Source: a virus (taxonomy: Duplodnaviria > Caudoviricetes). From it: a stretch of DNA of 64,000 bases. The position numbers were made by a program, and so were the translations under genes. Location of the stretch: the IMG/VR virus record IMGVR_UViG_3300050333_000165, positions 39,139 to 103,138 of that record; one strand, 5' to 3'. The first letter of the stretch is position 1. Each line of letters starts with the position of its first letter. Shown here piece after piece: positions 9,937 to 19,762 of this stretch. The notes beneath the pieces were generated by a model. The model worked only from the letters and a program-made list of their open reading frames with translations. It was not told where the DNA came from and did not search any database.

Positions 9937-10266
9937 ATGAATCCTTGGGAAATCGTCCTTTGGCTCGTCCCCCTTGCATTCGCCTTCCTCTGCGTGCATC
10001 GACTTCGCAAGGCGTGCAACGCCCTGGGGCGTGCAAAGGCGGTGTGGAAGACTTACGCCATTTCCGTGGAGACCGCCTACGAGTGCGATCTGGAGTACGA
10101 CGACGCTCGCACATGCCCCCAGCGTGCGGCGGCGCTTGACCAAATGGGACGAGCAGGGATCGCCGCCGGAATCGCTGCGGAAATGTTGTGCCACATGGGT
10201 GAGTACCCAGATGCCTATGGGTCCAGCCCTTTTCTCCCAGCGCGCGCTCCGGCGCGGAACTCATAA
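9937..10266 (+). CDS. Hypothetical membrane-anchored protein
   Basis: GGAG RBS; N-terminal hydrophobic helix IVLWLVPLAFAFLCV. Confidence 0.55.
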   Translation: MNPWEIVLWLVPLAFAFLCVHRLRKACNALGRAKAVWKTYAISVETAYECDLEYDDARTCPQRAAALDQMGRAGIAAGIAAEMLCHMGEYPDAYGSSPFLPARAPARNS

Positions 10267-10285
10267 CCGCAGGGCCGGTGACGGC

Positions 10286-12910
10286 ATGAGCAAAATCTAT
10301 ATCGATACCGAAACCTGCGGGCTGCACAGCATGATGGTGATGTTGCAGTATGCCGTGGAAGACGGCCCTATCACCCTGTATGAGGTCTGGCGGCGGCCGA
10401 TCCGCGAGACACTGACGCTGATCGAGTGGATATGCCAGCACACGGTCGTCGGCTTCAACTTGTCCTTCGACTGGTTTCAAGTTGTCAAGACGTACACCGT
10501 CTTCCGCCTTTGCGACCACGACTGGATTCCCGAGGATCACATTGACGAAATCGCCATGCTTGAGCCGCACGGGCAGGACGGCCCTTGCGTCAAGCCGGCG
10601 GCGGCCCTGGACCTGATGCTCCACAGCCGGAAGGGACCAATGCAATCGCTCATGGCCCGCGAGGATATCCGCATCAAGCGGGTTCCCACGGCCCTGGCCT
10701 ACGCCCTGGCGCGAGAGTTGGAGGCCAGGGTCCAATTTGACAACATCTACTTCGCCAAGTCAGCCAACCCGGACGCGCCCAAGTGGCAGGTGTTCGACCG
10801 CCACGATTCCTTCGGCGATCTGGACACCGAGTTCAAGGATGTCGTCCTGAAGTTCCACCCTGCTGGTGGCCTCAAATTCCTGGCTGAATACCTCCTGAAG
10901 CTCAAGCCCAAGTATCACTACCGCGACGTGGAGCCGTCGCCCACATGGCGACCCTACGAGTTGGGCTACGCGCCCACGGCGCTGGCTGTGTCGAGTCCCG
11001 AGAAAAGCTGGGCAATCGAGGCCGATGATGAAGACGGCAAAGGAAAGAAGGTCACAAAGTACGCCTGGCCGGGCGTGATTCGCAAGTTCATCGACCACTG
11101 GGCCACCCGTCACGATGCCCGCGAATACGCCACGGACGACATCGTTTATACGCGGGCGCTGGACAAGCACTTCGGCTGCCCCGAGCCAGGCGACAACGAC
11201 TCCACCCTGGCCTGTATGGTGGCGGCCGTCCGCTGGCACGGGTTCAAAATCGACGTGGAAGGGATGAAGCGGTTGCGGGCCACGGCCGAGGCGGTGGTCG
11301 CCGCCAGCCCAGTGAATGTCAATAAGCCGGGCGAAGTCCGCAACTACATCACTGGGGCGATGGATGACACGGAAAGCCTCATCCTGGAAACGTCCACCAA
11401 AAAGGCCAACCTGGAAGCCATCGACGGCTGGCGGATCGGCGAGATGTGCCCGAGGTGCAAGGCCAAGGGCCATCTGGAAAAGGAAATAGACATCTGTCCC
11501 CAGTGCGGCGGTGTCGGCTACGTCGGCGAGTCGGAACCGTGCGGCAAGTGCGAAGGCGATCCGGCCTGCCCGCGCTGTGGCGGCACAGGGTTCCTCAAGC
11601 CGGGGCTGCACCCGGCGGCCGTCCGGGCGCGGGAAATCCTGGGCGTCAAGTTCGCCGTCAAGGAAATCGAACTCTACGACAAGCTGATCCTGGCCGGCAA
11701 GTTCCACGCCAGCTTCATCGTGATCGGTGCCCTCTCCTCCCGTATGGCGGGGGCCGATGGGCTCAATCCCCAGGGCATCAAGCACACGGTCGAAGTCCGG
11801 CAGATGTTCCCGCTCGCGTGGGAAGACTATTTTCTCTGCGGCGGCGACTTCGCAGCCTTCGAGGTGACCATCGCCGATGCCGTGTGCAACGACGAGGCGC
11901 TGCGTGCTGAGTTGATTGCCGGGCGGAAGATCCATGCGCTGTTCGGCATGGCGATCTTCCCCGGCACGACCTACGAGGAGGTCAAGGCCAGTGACGGCAA
12001 CAAGACGTTCGATATGTACACGAAGGGCAAGCAGGGCTTCTTCGGCACGATGCTCTACGGCGGCGACCACAGCACGCTGGTGCATCGGCTGGGCATCCGG
12101 GAAGAGGTGGCCAGGGCGGCAATCGAGAACTTCGGCAGCCGGTTTGTGGGCGTCAAGCGGTGGCGTAAGCGGGTCGCCGATTTGTTCTGCTCCATGACGC
12201 AACCCGGTGGCATCGGCACGAAGGTCGTCTGGAAAGACCCGGCCGAGTATGCCGAGACGATGCTGGGCTTCCGCCGCTACTTCACCCTGGAAAACCGCAT
12301 CTGCAGGGAACTGTTCAACCTGGCCTGCAATCTGCCGAAACGCTGGCGCGACCACGGCACGGTCGTGCGCCGCGAAAAGACACTTGCGGCTGGAAAGGAA
12401 GTGGTGGTCGCTCATATCGCAGCGATCTCCCTGGAAAACGGCGTCGAGGTCCGCAAAGAAATCGTCGTGCCCGAAGAGTACGCGAAAGAGCACGTGCTCA
12501 AAGTCGTCCGCCGCGACCGGGTGCAGACGCCGGGTGGTGCAGTCTCCAGCGCGTTGTACGGCGCGGCCTTCTCGATGCAGGCGGCCAACATGCGGGCGGC
12601 GGCGAACCACGAAATCCAGTCGCCCGGTGCCGAAATCACCAAGCACGTCCAACGGCAGATTTGGGACTTGCAGCCCGTGGGCGTCCACGATTGGCGGGTC
12701 GCAATTCTGAATATCCACGACGAATTGATGTGCGTCACCCGGCCGGACATGGTTTCGAGCGTCACGCAGGTAGTTCGCGATTCAGTCGAGCACTTCCGCC
12801 CCTATGTACCGCTGATCGGAATGGATTGGTTCGAGGAGATGAATAGCTGGGCGGAAAAGAAGAGCGGGGCCACGCAGATCAAGATTCGCGCGCCGGAGAT
12901 GATGAAGTAA
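10286..12910 (+). CDS. DNA polymerase family A with 3'-5' exonuclease and Zn-finger insert
   Basis: ExoI IDTET, ExoII GFNLSFD, ExoIII YATDD; motif A DFAAFE; motif B KQGFFGTMLYG; motif C IHDEL. Confidence 0.9.
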   Translation: MSKIYIDTETCGLHSMMVMLQYAVEDGPITLYEVWRRPIRETLTLIEWICQHTVVGFNLSFDWFQVVKTYTVFRLCDHDWIPEDHIDEIAMLEPHGQDGPCVKPAAALDLMLHSRKGPMQSLMAREDIRIKRVPTALAYALARELEARVQFDNIYFAKSANPDAPKWQVFDRHDSFGDLDTEFKDVVLKFHPAGGLKFLAEYLLKLKPKYHYRDVEPSPTWRPYELGYAPTALAVSSPEKSWAIEADDEDGKGKKVTKYAWPGVIRKFIDHWATRHDAREYATDDIVYTRALDKHFGCPEPGDNDSTLACMVAAVRWHGFKIDVEGMKRLRATAEAVVAASPVNVNKPGEVRNYITGAMDDTESLILETSTKKANLEAIDGWRIGEMCPRCKAKGHLEKEIDICPQCGGVGYVGESEPCGKCEGDPACPRCGGTGFLKPGLHPAAVRAREILGVKFAVKEIELYDKLILAGKFHASFIVIGALSSRMAGADGLNPQGIKHTVEVRQMFPLAWEDYFLCGGDFAAFEVTIADAVCNDEALRAELIAGRKIHALFGMAIFPGTTYEEVKASDGNKTFDMYTKGKQGFFGTMLYGGDHSTLVHRLGIREEVARAAIENFGSRFVGVKRWRKRVADLFCSMTQPGGIGTKVVWKDPAEYAETMLGFRRYFTLENRICRELFNLACNLPKRWRDHGTVVRREKTLAAGKEVVVAHIAAISLENGVEVRKEIVVPEEYAKEHVLKVVRRDRVQTPGGAVSSALYGAAFSMQAANMRAAANHEIQSPGAEITKHVQRQIWDLQPVGVHDWRVAILNIHDELMCVTRPDMVSSVTQVVRDSVEHFRPYVPLIGMDWFEEMNSWAEKKSGATQIKIRAPEMMK

Positions 12911-13308
12911 TGGGCAGCATCCGGCGGCCAAGACACGGAGAGGAATTTTACATCCAGCGTGACCTGATTGCCTTCCTCAAGGCCCGAGGATGGCACGTCG
13001 AGCGGATGATCGGCAATGCCTTTCAGCTCGGAATCCCCGATCTATTCATCGCCCATCCCAAATGGGGCCAGCGATGGCTCGACGTGAAACGGCCGGGCAA
13101 GAACTACGGCTTCACGAAGGCCCAGAAACAGAAGTGGCCCGTGTGGGAAGCCTTTGGAATCGGCATTTGGATTCTCACCGGGGCTAACCAAGAGAACTAC
13201 GACCGGCTTTTTGCGCCGCCGAACTGGCGCGACTACTGGAAGGCGTCCTGGGGTCATGTTCCTGACGTGGACGCCGTGCTCGACGAGCTAGACCGCGAAG
13301 GCTGGTAG
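12910..13308 (+). CDS. VRR-NUC-like nuclease
   Basis: E..IQ..., GIPDL, WLDVKRPG, TKAQ motifs; adjacent to the polymerase. Confidence 0.75.
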   Translation: MGSIRRPRHGEEFYIQRDLIAFLKARGWHVERMIGNAFQLGIPDLFIAHPKWGQRWLDVKRPGKNYGFTKAQKQKWPVWEAFGIGIWILTGANQENYDRLFAPPNWRDYWKASWGHVPDVDAVLDELDREGW

Positions 13309-13360
13309 CTCGTCATCTTCAATTCGCTAACACCGCCAACTGCGGAGACACCCTGCGCCT

Positions 13361-13858
13361 ATGGACCTACAACAGCGTCCCGAACCGTGGATGTGTATGC
13401 CCCTGGCCTTTGCGATGGCCTTGGACACGCCTGTCGCCGACTTGCTCGCTGCCATCGGCCACGACGGCAGCGAGATCGTCTTCCCGAGTCTTCCTGAGCC
13501 GCTGCGCCGGCGATGCTTCCACGTCCAAGAGCTAATCCAGGTCGCTTTGGCCCGCGGCCTCGCGGTTACGCCGGTGGAACTGTTCCCTGTCCTGCAATCC
13601 ATCGAAGCCGGCCCGCACAAGACCGTTCTCTACCCGGACAACAACTGGCAACGTTTCGAGGAAACGATTCGGGCCAGTCGCGGCGTAATCGACGGCACCG
13701 GCGCGCGATACGGCCACGTGGTCGCCTACGACCACGGCCGCGTCTACGACCCGCGCGGGCCGGACTACGACTACTCCCGCCTCGCGTGCGAGGCCCATCA
13801 GTTCTACACCCGCTGTGCTTGGCGAATTGACACCATTGGAGAACGCACCTGTGAGTAA
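13361..13858 (+). CDS. Hypothetical protein, papain/C39-peptidase-like
   Basis: Q.....CMPLAFAMAL then GHVVAY...VYDP (Cys-His-Asp order). Confidence 0.5.
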   Translation: MDLQQRPEPWMCMPLAFAMALDTPVADLLAAIGHDGSEIVFPSLPEPLRRRCFHVQELIQVALARGLAVTPVELFPVLQSIEAGPHKTVLYPDNNWQRFEETIRASRGVIDGTGARYGHVVAYDHGRVYDPRGPDYDYSRLACEAHQFYTRCAWRIDTIGERTCE

Positions 13859-14519
13859 TCAGTACAACGACATTCTTGTCTCGCAAATGAGCGAACCGCT
13901 TGACGAGGAAAAGAACTTGGCCCTGTTTGAGCGTGTAGCAGCGGGTGATGCCGCCGCCCGTGAGGAAATGATTGCCGGCAATATGCCGCTGGCTGTCACC
14001 AAGGTTGAGAGTTTCATCCGTTGTTTTCCTGAGATCAGCCACCTTCGCGATGATTTGACCAGCGCCGCGTTTACCGGGCTGGTAAAAGCCGTCAACCGAA
14101 TGGCCAAAGGGACGGCCCGGAAATACAAGGGCAACTGGAATCCCACCGACTGCATCGGGTCGTGGATCAATCGTGAGTTGGGCCGGCTGGTAGAGGATGA
14201 GATGCCGATCCGCGTTCCCCATGAGTCCGATCGCCTGGCGGAGAAGAACGGTGAGCCGATTACTCCGCCAACGGTCTGCAACGTCATTCCTGAGCGCTTC
14301 GAGGTTCCCTCCTACGAGGAAGAACGGGAGATGCGCGATCTGATCTACGCCTGCTGCACGAACGAGCAGGAACGGACGTTCGTCGCCATGCGGGAGGCCG
14401 GCCATTCTTTCGCCAAGATCGCCGTGGCCATCAAGATGTCCCCGCCCTCGGTCTCCAGACTGAAAAAGAAGTTGGAGGCCCGAGTCGAGCGCAAGCTGAA
14501 GGCCCTGCGCGAAGAGTGA
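13851..14519 (+). CDS. Sigma-70 family RNA polymerase sigma factor
   Basis: Region 2 AREEMIAGNMPLA...DDL...GLVKAV; region 4 HTH SFAKIAVAIKMSPPSVSRL. Confidence 0.85.
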   Translation: MSNQYNDILVSQMSEPLDEEKNLALFERVAAGDAAAREEMIAGNMPLAVTKVESFIRCFPEISHLRDDLTSAAFTGLVKAVNRMAKGTARKYKGNWNPTDCIGSWINRELGRLVEDEMPIRVPHESDRLAEKNGEPITPPTVCNVIPERFEVPSYEEEREMRDLIYACCTNEQERTFVAMREAGHSFAKIAVAIKMSPPSVSRLKKKLEARVERKLKALREE

Positions 14520-14555
14520 TTCGGCTCAGCGACGCGAAGAAAAGCTGACGCCGCC

Positions 14556-14585
14556 ACTCCAAATCCGAGCCGCTCTCGTGATTCA
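14556..14585 (+). promoter_or_regulatory. Putative phage-sigma promoter, copy 3
   Basis: ACTCCAAA-N13-CGTGATTCA between the sigma and ligase genes. Confidence 0.7.
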
Positions 14586-14641
14586 TCTAATGAAGACCCA
14601 TTCCCTTTGACAGTACGCAGACCGCTACCGAGGTCCAAGTG

Positions 14642-15793
14642 ATGGCGAAGTCGCTCAAGCGTGAATTCCTGCAACTGGCCGACCGCTACGACCCGCGCAA
14701 GCATGACGTGGCCGGCTGGTTTGTGTCGGAGAAACTCGACGGCCAACGGTGTTTCTGGGATGGCGGCATCAGCCGTGGGCTGCCTACTGAGCAGGTGCCG
14801 TGGGCGTCGATTATTGACCCGAAGACCGGCGAGAAGAAGGCCAAGATCAAACCGGTGGCGACCGGCCTCTGGTCCCGCTACGGCAATCCCATCATGGCAC
14901 CGGATTGGTGGCTCAACCAACTTCCCTGCTGTCCTTTGGATGGCGAGTTGTGGGCCGGGCGGGGCAAGTTCCAGTTGTGCCGAAGCATCTGCGGCGGTGA
15001 TACCCCGGACGAACGGTTCGACAAGATCGTCTTCGCGGTCTACTCCTCCCCGCCGCTGGGCGCGATCTTCAGCACCGGCGAGATCAAGAACGCCAACATG
15101 GTCTGCAACGTCGATTATCTCGCGATTGAGACGTGGATTCGCCAGCGGCTCAACTCGGCTGGTGGTCGCTTCGACGGCGTGCCGGTTCCGAAGCGCTGCC
15201 TGGGCGACGATTTCCGATTTCTGCAACCCGGTCAGCCGTTCGGAAAGGAACTGGCGGTTCTGAACACAGCCCTTGAGAACACCGATGCCTCGGTCTGCTA
15301 CCTCCATCCTCAGACGAAGCTGATCGACATACCCCGCGAGGCGAATCGCCAGGTCGAAGACCACTTGCAGCGGGTGCTGGACCAGGGCGGCGAAGGCGTG
15401 GTGATTCGCAATCCCGATGGCGTTTGGACGCCCAAACGGCACAAGTCCATCCTCAAGTACAAGCCGTTCCAGGATGCCGAAGCCCGCATCGTGGGCTTCA
15501 CCAGCGGCCGGGAGACCGCCAAGGGCAGCCGGCTCTTGGGCAAGATCGGTGCCCTGATCGTGGATTACCAGGGCAAGCGGCTGGAACTATCCGGCCTGAC
15601 GGATGCCGAGCGTGATTTCCTGAATCCCGACATGGCCCGCGCGGCAGCCGAGAAACCGGGCCAGGACATGCTGGCCTTCTTCCAGGGCACGTCGTTCAAG
15701 GTCGGCCAGGTTGTCAGCTTCAAATTCAGAGAACTCAGCGACGACGGCGTTCCGAAAGAGGCTCGTCTCTGGAGGCCGCGTGACGTTGAGTGA
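14642..15793 (+). CDS. ATP-dependent DNA ligase
   Basis: Motif I SEKLDGQR; LDGEL; EGVVIR; LKYKP; C-terminal OB fold. Confidence 0.9.
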   Translation: MAKSLKREFLQLADRYDPRKHDVAGWFVSEKLDGQRCFWDGGISRGLPTEQVPWASIIDPKTGEKKAKIKPVATGLWSRYGNPIMAPDWWLNQLPCCPLDGELWAGRGKFQLCRSICGGDTPDERFDKIVFAVYSSPPLGAIFSTGEIKNANMVCNVDYLAIETWIRQRLNSAGGRFDGVPVPKRCLGDDFRFLQPGQPFGKELAVLNTALENTDASVCYLHPQTKLIDIPREANRQVEDHLQRVLDQGGEGVVIRNPDGVWTPKRHKSILKYKPFQDAEARIVGFTSGRETAKGSRLLGKIGALIVDYQGKRLELSGLTDAERDFLNPDMARAAAEKPGQDMLAFFQGTSFKVGQVVSFKFRELSDDGVPKEARLWRPRDVE

Positions 15794-15836
15794 AACCTTG
15801 TCGCCTGCACCTGCCCCAGATCATCTGGCTGATTCC

Positions 15837-16943
15837 ATGACCGACAGACATCAAACCATCACGCTTGACCGGGCCACGCTTTACCGAGGGGACTCCCGCG
15901 AGGTGCTCCCCTCGCTGGAGCCCGAGCAGTTCACGGCCTGCGTTTGCGACCCGCCTTATCATCTGACGCAGGCAAGCCGTAGAGGGAGCCCGCGAAACAA
16001 CGATCCCAAGACGCCGTTCGGCCGCACGCGACTGGGCTCCCGTGGCTTCATGGGCACGACGTGGGATGGTGGCGACACGGCCTTCCAGCCCGCCTTCTGG
16101 TCCGATGTGCTCCGCGTGCTGATGCCGGGCGCAATGCTTTTGGCCTTCGGCGGCACGCGGACCTTCCACCGCCTGCTTTGTGCCATCGAAGACGCCGGCT
16201 TTGAGATCCGCGATTGCCTGATGTGGCTCTACGGCTCTGGATTTCCCAAGTCGCTCGATATTTCTAAGGCCCTTGCCAAGGCGGCCGAAGCGACCGAATT
16301 GGCCAAACGGTGGGATGGCTGGGGCTCGTCCCTGAAACCGGCATGGGAGCCGATCATCCTGGCGATGAAGCCGCTTGAGGACACGTTCGCCGAGAACGCG
16401 CGCCGGCATGGCGTTGCGGGGCTGAACATCGATGGGTCGCGGATCGGCAGCGGCCAGGCCAAGGGGCGTTGGCCGGCGAATCTGCTGCTAGATGAAGCGG
16501 CCAGCCGGTTGCTCGACACGCAGAGCGGCATCACGACAAGCGGCGCGATGAAACACTTCGTTGGCCCGTATCCCGGACGGAACGCCACGGGGTTCCTCCG
16601 CGGGCATTCCGGGCCGCACAACCAACACGGCGACTCCGGCGGGGCCTCGCGGTTCTTCTACTGCGCCAAGGCCAGCGAGCGCGACCGCACGTGCGAAGGG
16701 CAGGTTCCGAACAACCATCCCACGGTCAAGCCGCGTTCGTTGATGGAATACCTTTGCCGTCTGGTCACGCCGCCCGGCGGCGGGCTGATCCTCGATCCGT
16801 TCATGGGCTCCGGCTCGACCGGCATCGGCGCATTGCTGACCGGCAATCGGTTTGTCGGGATCGAACTTGAGCCCGAGAGCTTTGAGATAGCACGGGAGCG
16901 GATCGACATCGCCGGTAAGAAGGAGAGCCTTGCCCGTGACTGA
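15837..16943 (+). CDS. DNA methyltransferase, N4C/N6A beta-class (paralog 2)
   Basis: DPPY; HPTVKP; LDPFMGSGSTG. Confidence 0.9.
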   Translation: MTDRHQTITLDRATLYRGDSREVLPSLEPEQFTACVCDPPYHLTQASRRGSPRNNDPKTPFGRTRLGSRGFMGTTWDGGDTAFQPAFWSDVLRVLMPGAMLLAFGGTRTFHRLLCAIEDAGFEIRDCLMWLYGSGFPKSLDISKALAKAAEATELAKRWDGWGSSLKPAWEPIILAMKPLEDTFAENARRHGVAGLNIDGSRIGSGQAKGRWPANLLLDEAASRLLDTQSGITTSGAMKHFVGPYPGRNATGFLRGHSGPHNQHGDSGGASRFFYCAKASERDRTCEGQVPNNHPTVKPRSLMEYLCRLVTPPGGGLILDPFMGSGSTGIGALLTGNRFVGIELEPESFEIARERIDIAGKKESLARD

Positions 16944-17700
16944 GACTGCCAAGATTACTTATCGCCAGTACGGCGGCAAGGCGTCCATCGCCAAGTGGAT
17001 CGTGTCCCACTTCCCGGACCACCGCATTTACGCGGAGCCGTTTTGCGCCTCCGCCGCTGTGCTGCTGGCCAAGCCGCGTTCGTTCGTCGAGATCATCAAC
17101 GATCTCGACGGTCGGATCGTCAATATGTGGCTCGCGATCAAGTCGCAGCCGGAACAATTGGCCGCCTTGCTTTGGGCCACGCCGTACACGGCCGCCAACT
17201 GGCGAGAGCAACCGGTGGGCGACATCGACCAAGCCGTGCTGCTGATGGCGCAGGGCGCGCAGTTCTATTGCGGCAACGGCAATTCGTCCACATGGTCACT
17301 CGATAAGTGCCCCGCTCCGCACAAGCCGAAGCCGGAGGTCTGGGCCGACTGGTTCCGGCGGATATTGCCCGCCGCTAACCGCCTGCGGGGCGTCCAGCTA
17401 CTGCACGAAGACGCCCTGGTCACAATCCAGCGGGTCTACCGTGACCCAGAATCGCTTCTCTATATCGATAGCCCGTATTACGGCCACGAAGGCGAGTACC
17501 GTTATCGCGTCGACTATCCGGCGATGGTTGATCTGTTGAACGCCGCCAAGGCCAAGGTGGTCGTTTCCGAGTACCCGTCCGCCGTCGAGTTCTACTGCGG
17601 CTGGAACCGCATCGACCGCGTGACCGCCAGCCGCGCCGGCACCGGGCGGCACAACTACGGCGGCAAGAAGAAGACCGAAGTCCTGTTCACGAATTTCTGA
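16930..17700 (+). CDS. Dam-like (D12 class) adenine methyltransferase with variant motifs
   Basis: YGGK, YAEPFCAS, INDLD, YIDSPY, TEVLFTNF. Confidence 0.8.
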   Translation: MPVTETAKITYRQYGGKASIAKWIVSHFPDHRIYAEPFCASAAVLLAKPRSFVEIINDLDGRIVNMWLAIKSQPEQLAALLWATPYTAANWREQPVGDIDQAVLLMAQGAQFYCGNGNSSTWSLDKCPAPHKPKPEVWADWFRRILPAANRLRGVQLLHEDALVTIQRVYRDPESLLYIDSPYYGHEGEYRYRVDYPAMVDLLNAAKAKVVVSEYPSAVEFYCGWNRIDRVTASRAGTGRHNYGGKKKTEVLFTNF

Positions 17701-17786
17701 CCACGACGAGCCACTCAAAAGCCGCCGCGCAAAGAAAGTCCGCCAACGCCTATTTCAATCCACTCGTGCCCAAATGGAGGTCGAGA

Positions 17787-18182
17787 GTGAAAACGATACT
17801 CAGAACCGCGAGTCTTGCGTACCGCGCGCCGCTCTTGGCGCGGTTGGTGAGTCTCGATGCGCCGCCGTCAATTGTCTGCAACGAAATCGCCCTCGTGCTG
17901 CGGGCAGGACATCTCGCTTACGGGGACAAGCTGAACAAGCACCTGGCTGATTTCGGCCTGTTTCCCTGCGATCGGCATCCGCCCAAGACCTGCACCAAGA
18001 ATGGCAATCGCGTGCTGAATGCCGTGGAAGAGTTGGAGGCCGCCAAGGCTCAACACAGCCGCGAGCGAGTCATCCACTGGGCGGACGTCCTTGTTCAAGC
18101 CGCTGGCGATCTGGCGACAGCCTACATGGGCGAAGAGGCCCAAAACATCGCAATGGAGAGAATCGACAATGAGCGTCCGTAA
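17787..18182 (+). CDS. Hypothetical protein
   Basis: GGAGG RBS with GTG start; overlaps the next gene. Confidence 0.55.
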   Translation: MKTILRTASLAYRAPLLARLVSLDAPPSIVCNEIALVLRAGHLAYGDKLNKHLADFGLFPCDRHPPKTCTKNGNRVLNAVEELEAAKAQHSRERVIHWADVLVQAAGDLATAYMGEEAQNIAMERIDNERP

Positions 18183-18900
18183 TCCAAAGCAAGCCGACAG
18201 CAACCTGTACGACTGCACCCCACAGACCGGGCCGTGCCCGATTGGCTGCAACCAGTGTTTCTACAACCGCCCTGGGGCGTTCTACGTGCCCATTGACCAG
18301 CCGCACTTTCCCAGCCTGGAGGAAGTGGGCGACGGCATTGTGCGGATCAACTGCGGCAACGACAGCAACAACCAGCGGGAGCACGTCATTGCCTCCACCG
18401 CCCAATATCCCCGCCGCTTCTTCAATACGTCGATCGCCAAGTTCGACTTCCCCGGCCCCGTGGTCTTGACCGCCAATCCCAGGGAAGAAGAGCCGGTGGG
18501 GCAGCCGATCTGGCCGTTCCGCGACGGGACACCGCGCAATCTGATGTTCGTCCGTCTGCGAGTTTCCAGCACCAATCTGGATTGGGTCCGCGACGGCGTT
18601 GACTGGTACACCTCCTACCAGGTGCCGGTGGTTCTGACCTTCATGGCCTATTACGACACTGAGCCGCAAGTTCCGGCCGACGTGCTCCAAGCCGTGGGTG
18701 GCCCGTGCTACGAGTGGAAGGTCCGGCACATCAATTCCTACTTTTGTCCGGCGCCGGCCTTCATCCGCTGGGTCTTGGCCCGCTTCCGCGACAACCGCCT
18801 GGTCTCCTACTGCGGCAGCCTGGAGGCCCCTTATTGCCGCAACTGCCGCAACTGCGAGACCTATTACCTCCAAACCGTGAAACGCATGAAGGGTGAATAA
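18169..18900 (+). CDS. Radical SAM-like Fe-S protein
   Basis: CPIGCNQCFY (CxxxCxxC) near the N-terminus; C-terminal C...CRNCRNC. Confidence 0.65.
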   Translation: MSVRNPKQADSNLYDCTPQTGPCPIGCNQCFYNRPGAFYVPIDQPHFPSLEEVGDGIVRINCGNDSNNQREHVIASTAQYPRRFFNTSIAKFDFPGPVVLTANPREEEPVGQPIWPFRDGTPRNLMFVRLRVSSTNLDWVRDGVDWYTSYQVPVVLTFMAYYDTEPQVPADVLQAVGGPCYEWKVRHINSYFCPAPAFIRWVLARFRDNRLVSYCGSLEAPYCRNCRNCETYYLQTVKRMKGE

Positions 18901-18901
18901 C

Positions 18902-19048
18902 ATGGCTGGGCTCGTAACCCTGGTGATTTCCCTATTGGCAGGTGTCGTCGTCGTGACGATGACCTGCCCGCCGCTCGTGGCCGTTATCACGGTCTGCGGC
19001 GTCTGCTTCACGACCGCCATCATCGCCAAGGCGATGGGCAAGCTGTAG
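18902..19048 (+). CDS. Small membrane protein (48 aa)
   Basis: ATG directly after the upstream stop; two hydrophobic segments; not in the ORF track. Confidence 0.45.
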   Translation: MAGLVTLVISLLAGVVVVTMTCPPLVAVITVCGVCFTTAIIAKAMGKL

Positions 19049-19115
19049 CCCCCTCTCCATCTCGTTACATGCAATCGCCAATTGTCTGCAACCCTGCGCC
19101 CCCGAGGAACTTGGA

Positions 19116-19622
19116 ATGAAGACGGGCATCGGAAGCCACACCCGTGCCTTCCGAGGAAAAACCGACTGCTGGCTGACGCCACCGGAGATCATCCGGGCGC
19201 TGGGGCCTTTCGATCTTGACCCCTGCGCCGCTCCGGGCCAGCCGTGGCCCACGGCGGAGCACCAGTACGCTCCACCGCAAGATGGTCTGCAACTGCCGTG
19301 GTTTCGCCGCGTCTTCTTGAACCCGCCCTACGGCCCTCAAACTCGACTGTGGCTGAAACGGATGAGTGAGCACGGCAACGGCATCGCCTTGGTCTTTGCC
19401 CGAACCGAGACGGCGATGTTCTTCGAGCACGTCTGGGGAAAGGCCGCCGGAGCCCTGTTTCTCGAAGGCCGCTTGCACTTTTGCCAACTGGACGGAACCA
19501 GGGCCAAGGGGAACTCTGGTGGGCCTTCCGTGTTGCTGGCCTATGGCGAAGAAAACGCTCGACTGCTGCAGGAGTGCCCATTGCAAGGCGCGTACTGCAC
19601 AACAACCGCGAGGCATCGATGA
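19116..19622 (+). CDS. Phage-type N6-adenine methyltransferase
   Basis: WLTPP, FDLDPCA, VFLNPPYG, ARTET. Confidence 0.85.
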   Translation: MKTGIGSHTRAFRGKTDCWLTPPEIIRALGPFDLDPCAAPGQPWPTAEHQYAPPQDGLQLPWFRRVFLNPPYGPQTRLWLKRMSEHGNGIALVFARTETAMFFEHVWGKAAGALFLEGRLHFCQLDGTRAKGNSGGPSVLLAYGEENARLLQECPLQGAYCTTTARHR

Positions 19623-19762
19623 AAAGACACCCGAGATAATCGTCTGCCGCTTCGAGGAAGTCTGCCAATCAACGTAAGACCGCCCCGGCCGCTCCCGCTC
19701 CTTTTCGAGCAAGGCCAATCGGTCACTGACCAATTACCGTAACTGTCTCGCACTACGCGCTC

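Noticed and set aside
10760-12718. 652-aa minus-strand ORF and similar antisense ORFs (3078-4673, 20087-21208, 30256-31497, 33592-34749)
   Set aside because: Shadow frames of well-supported genes on the opposite strand in high-GC DNA
17713-17745. Extra copy of the phage-sigma promoter (ACTCAAAA)
   Set aside because: No CGTGATT-like element at the 13-nt spacing
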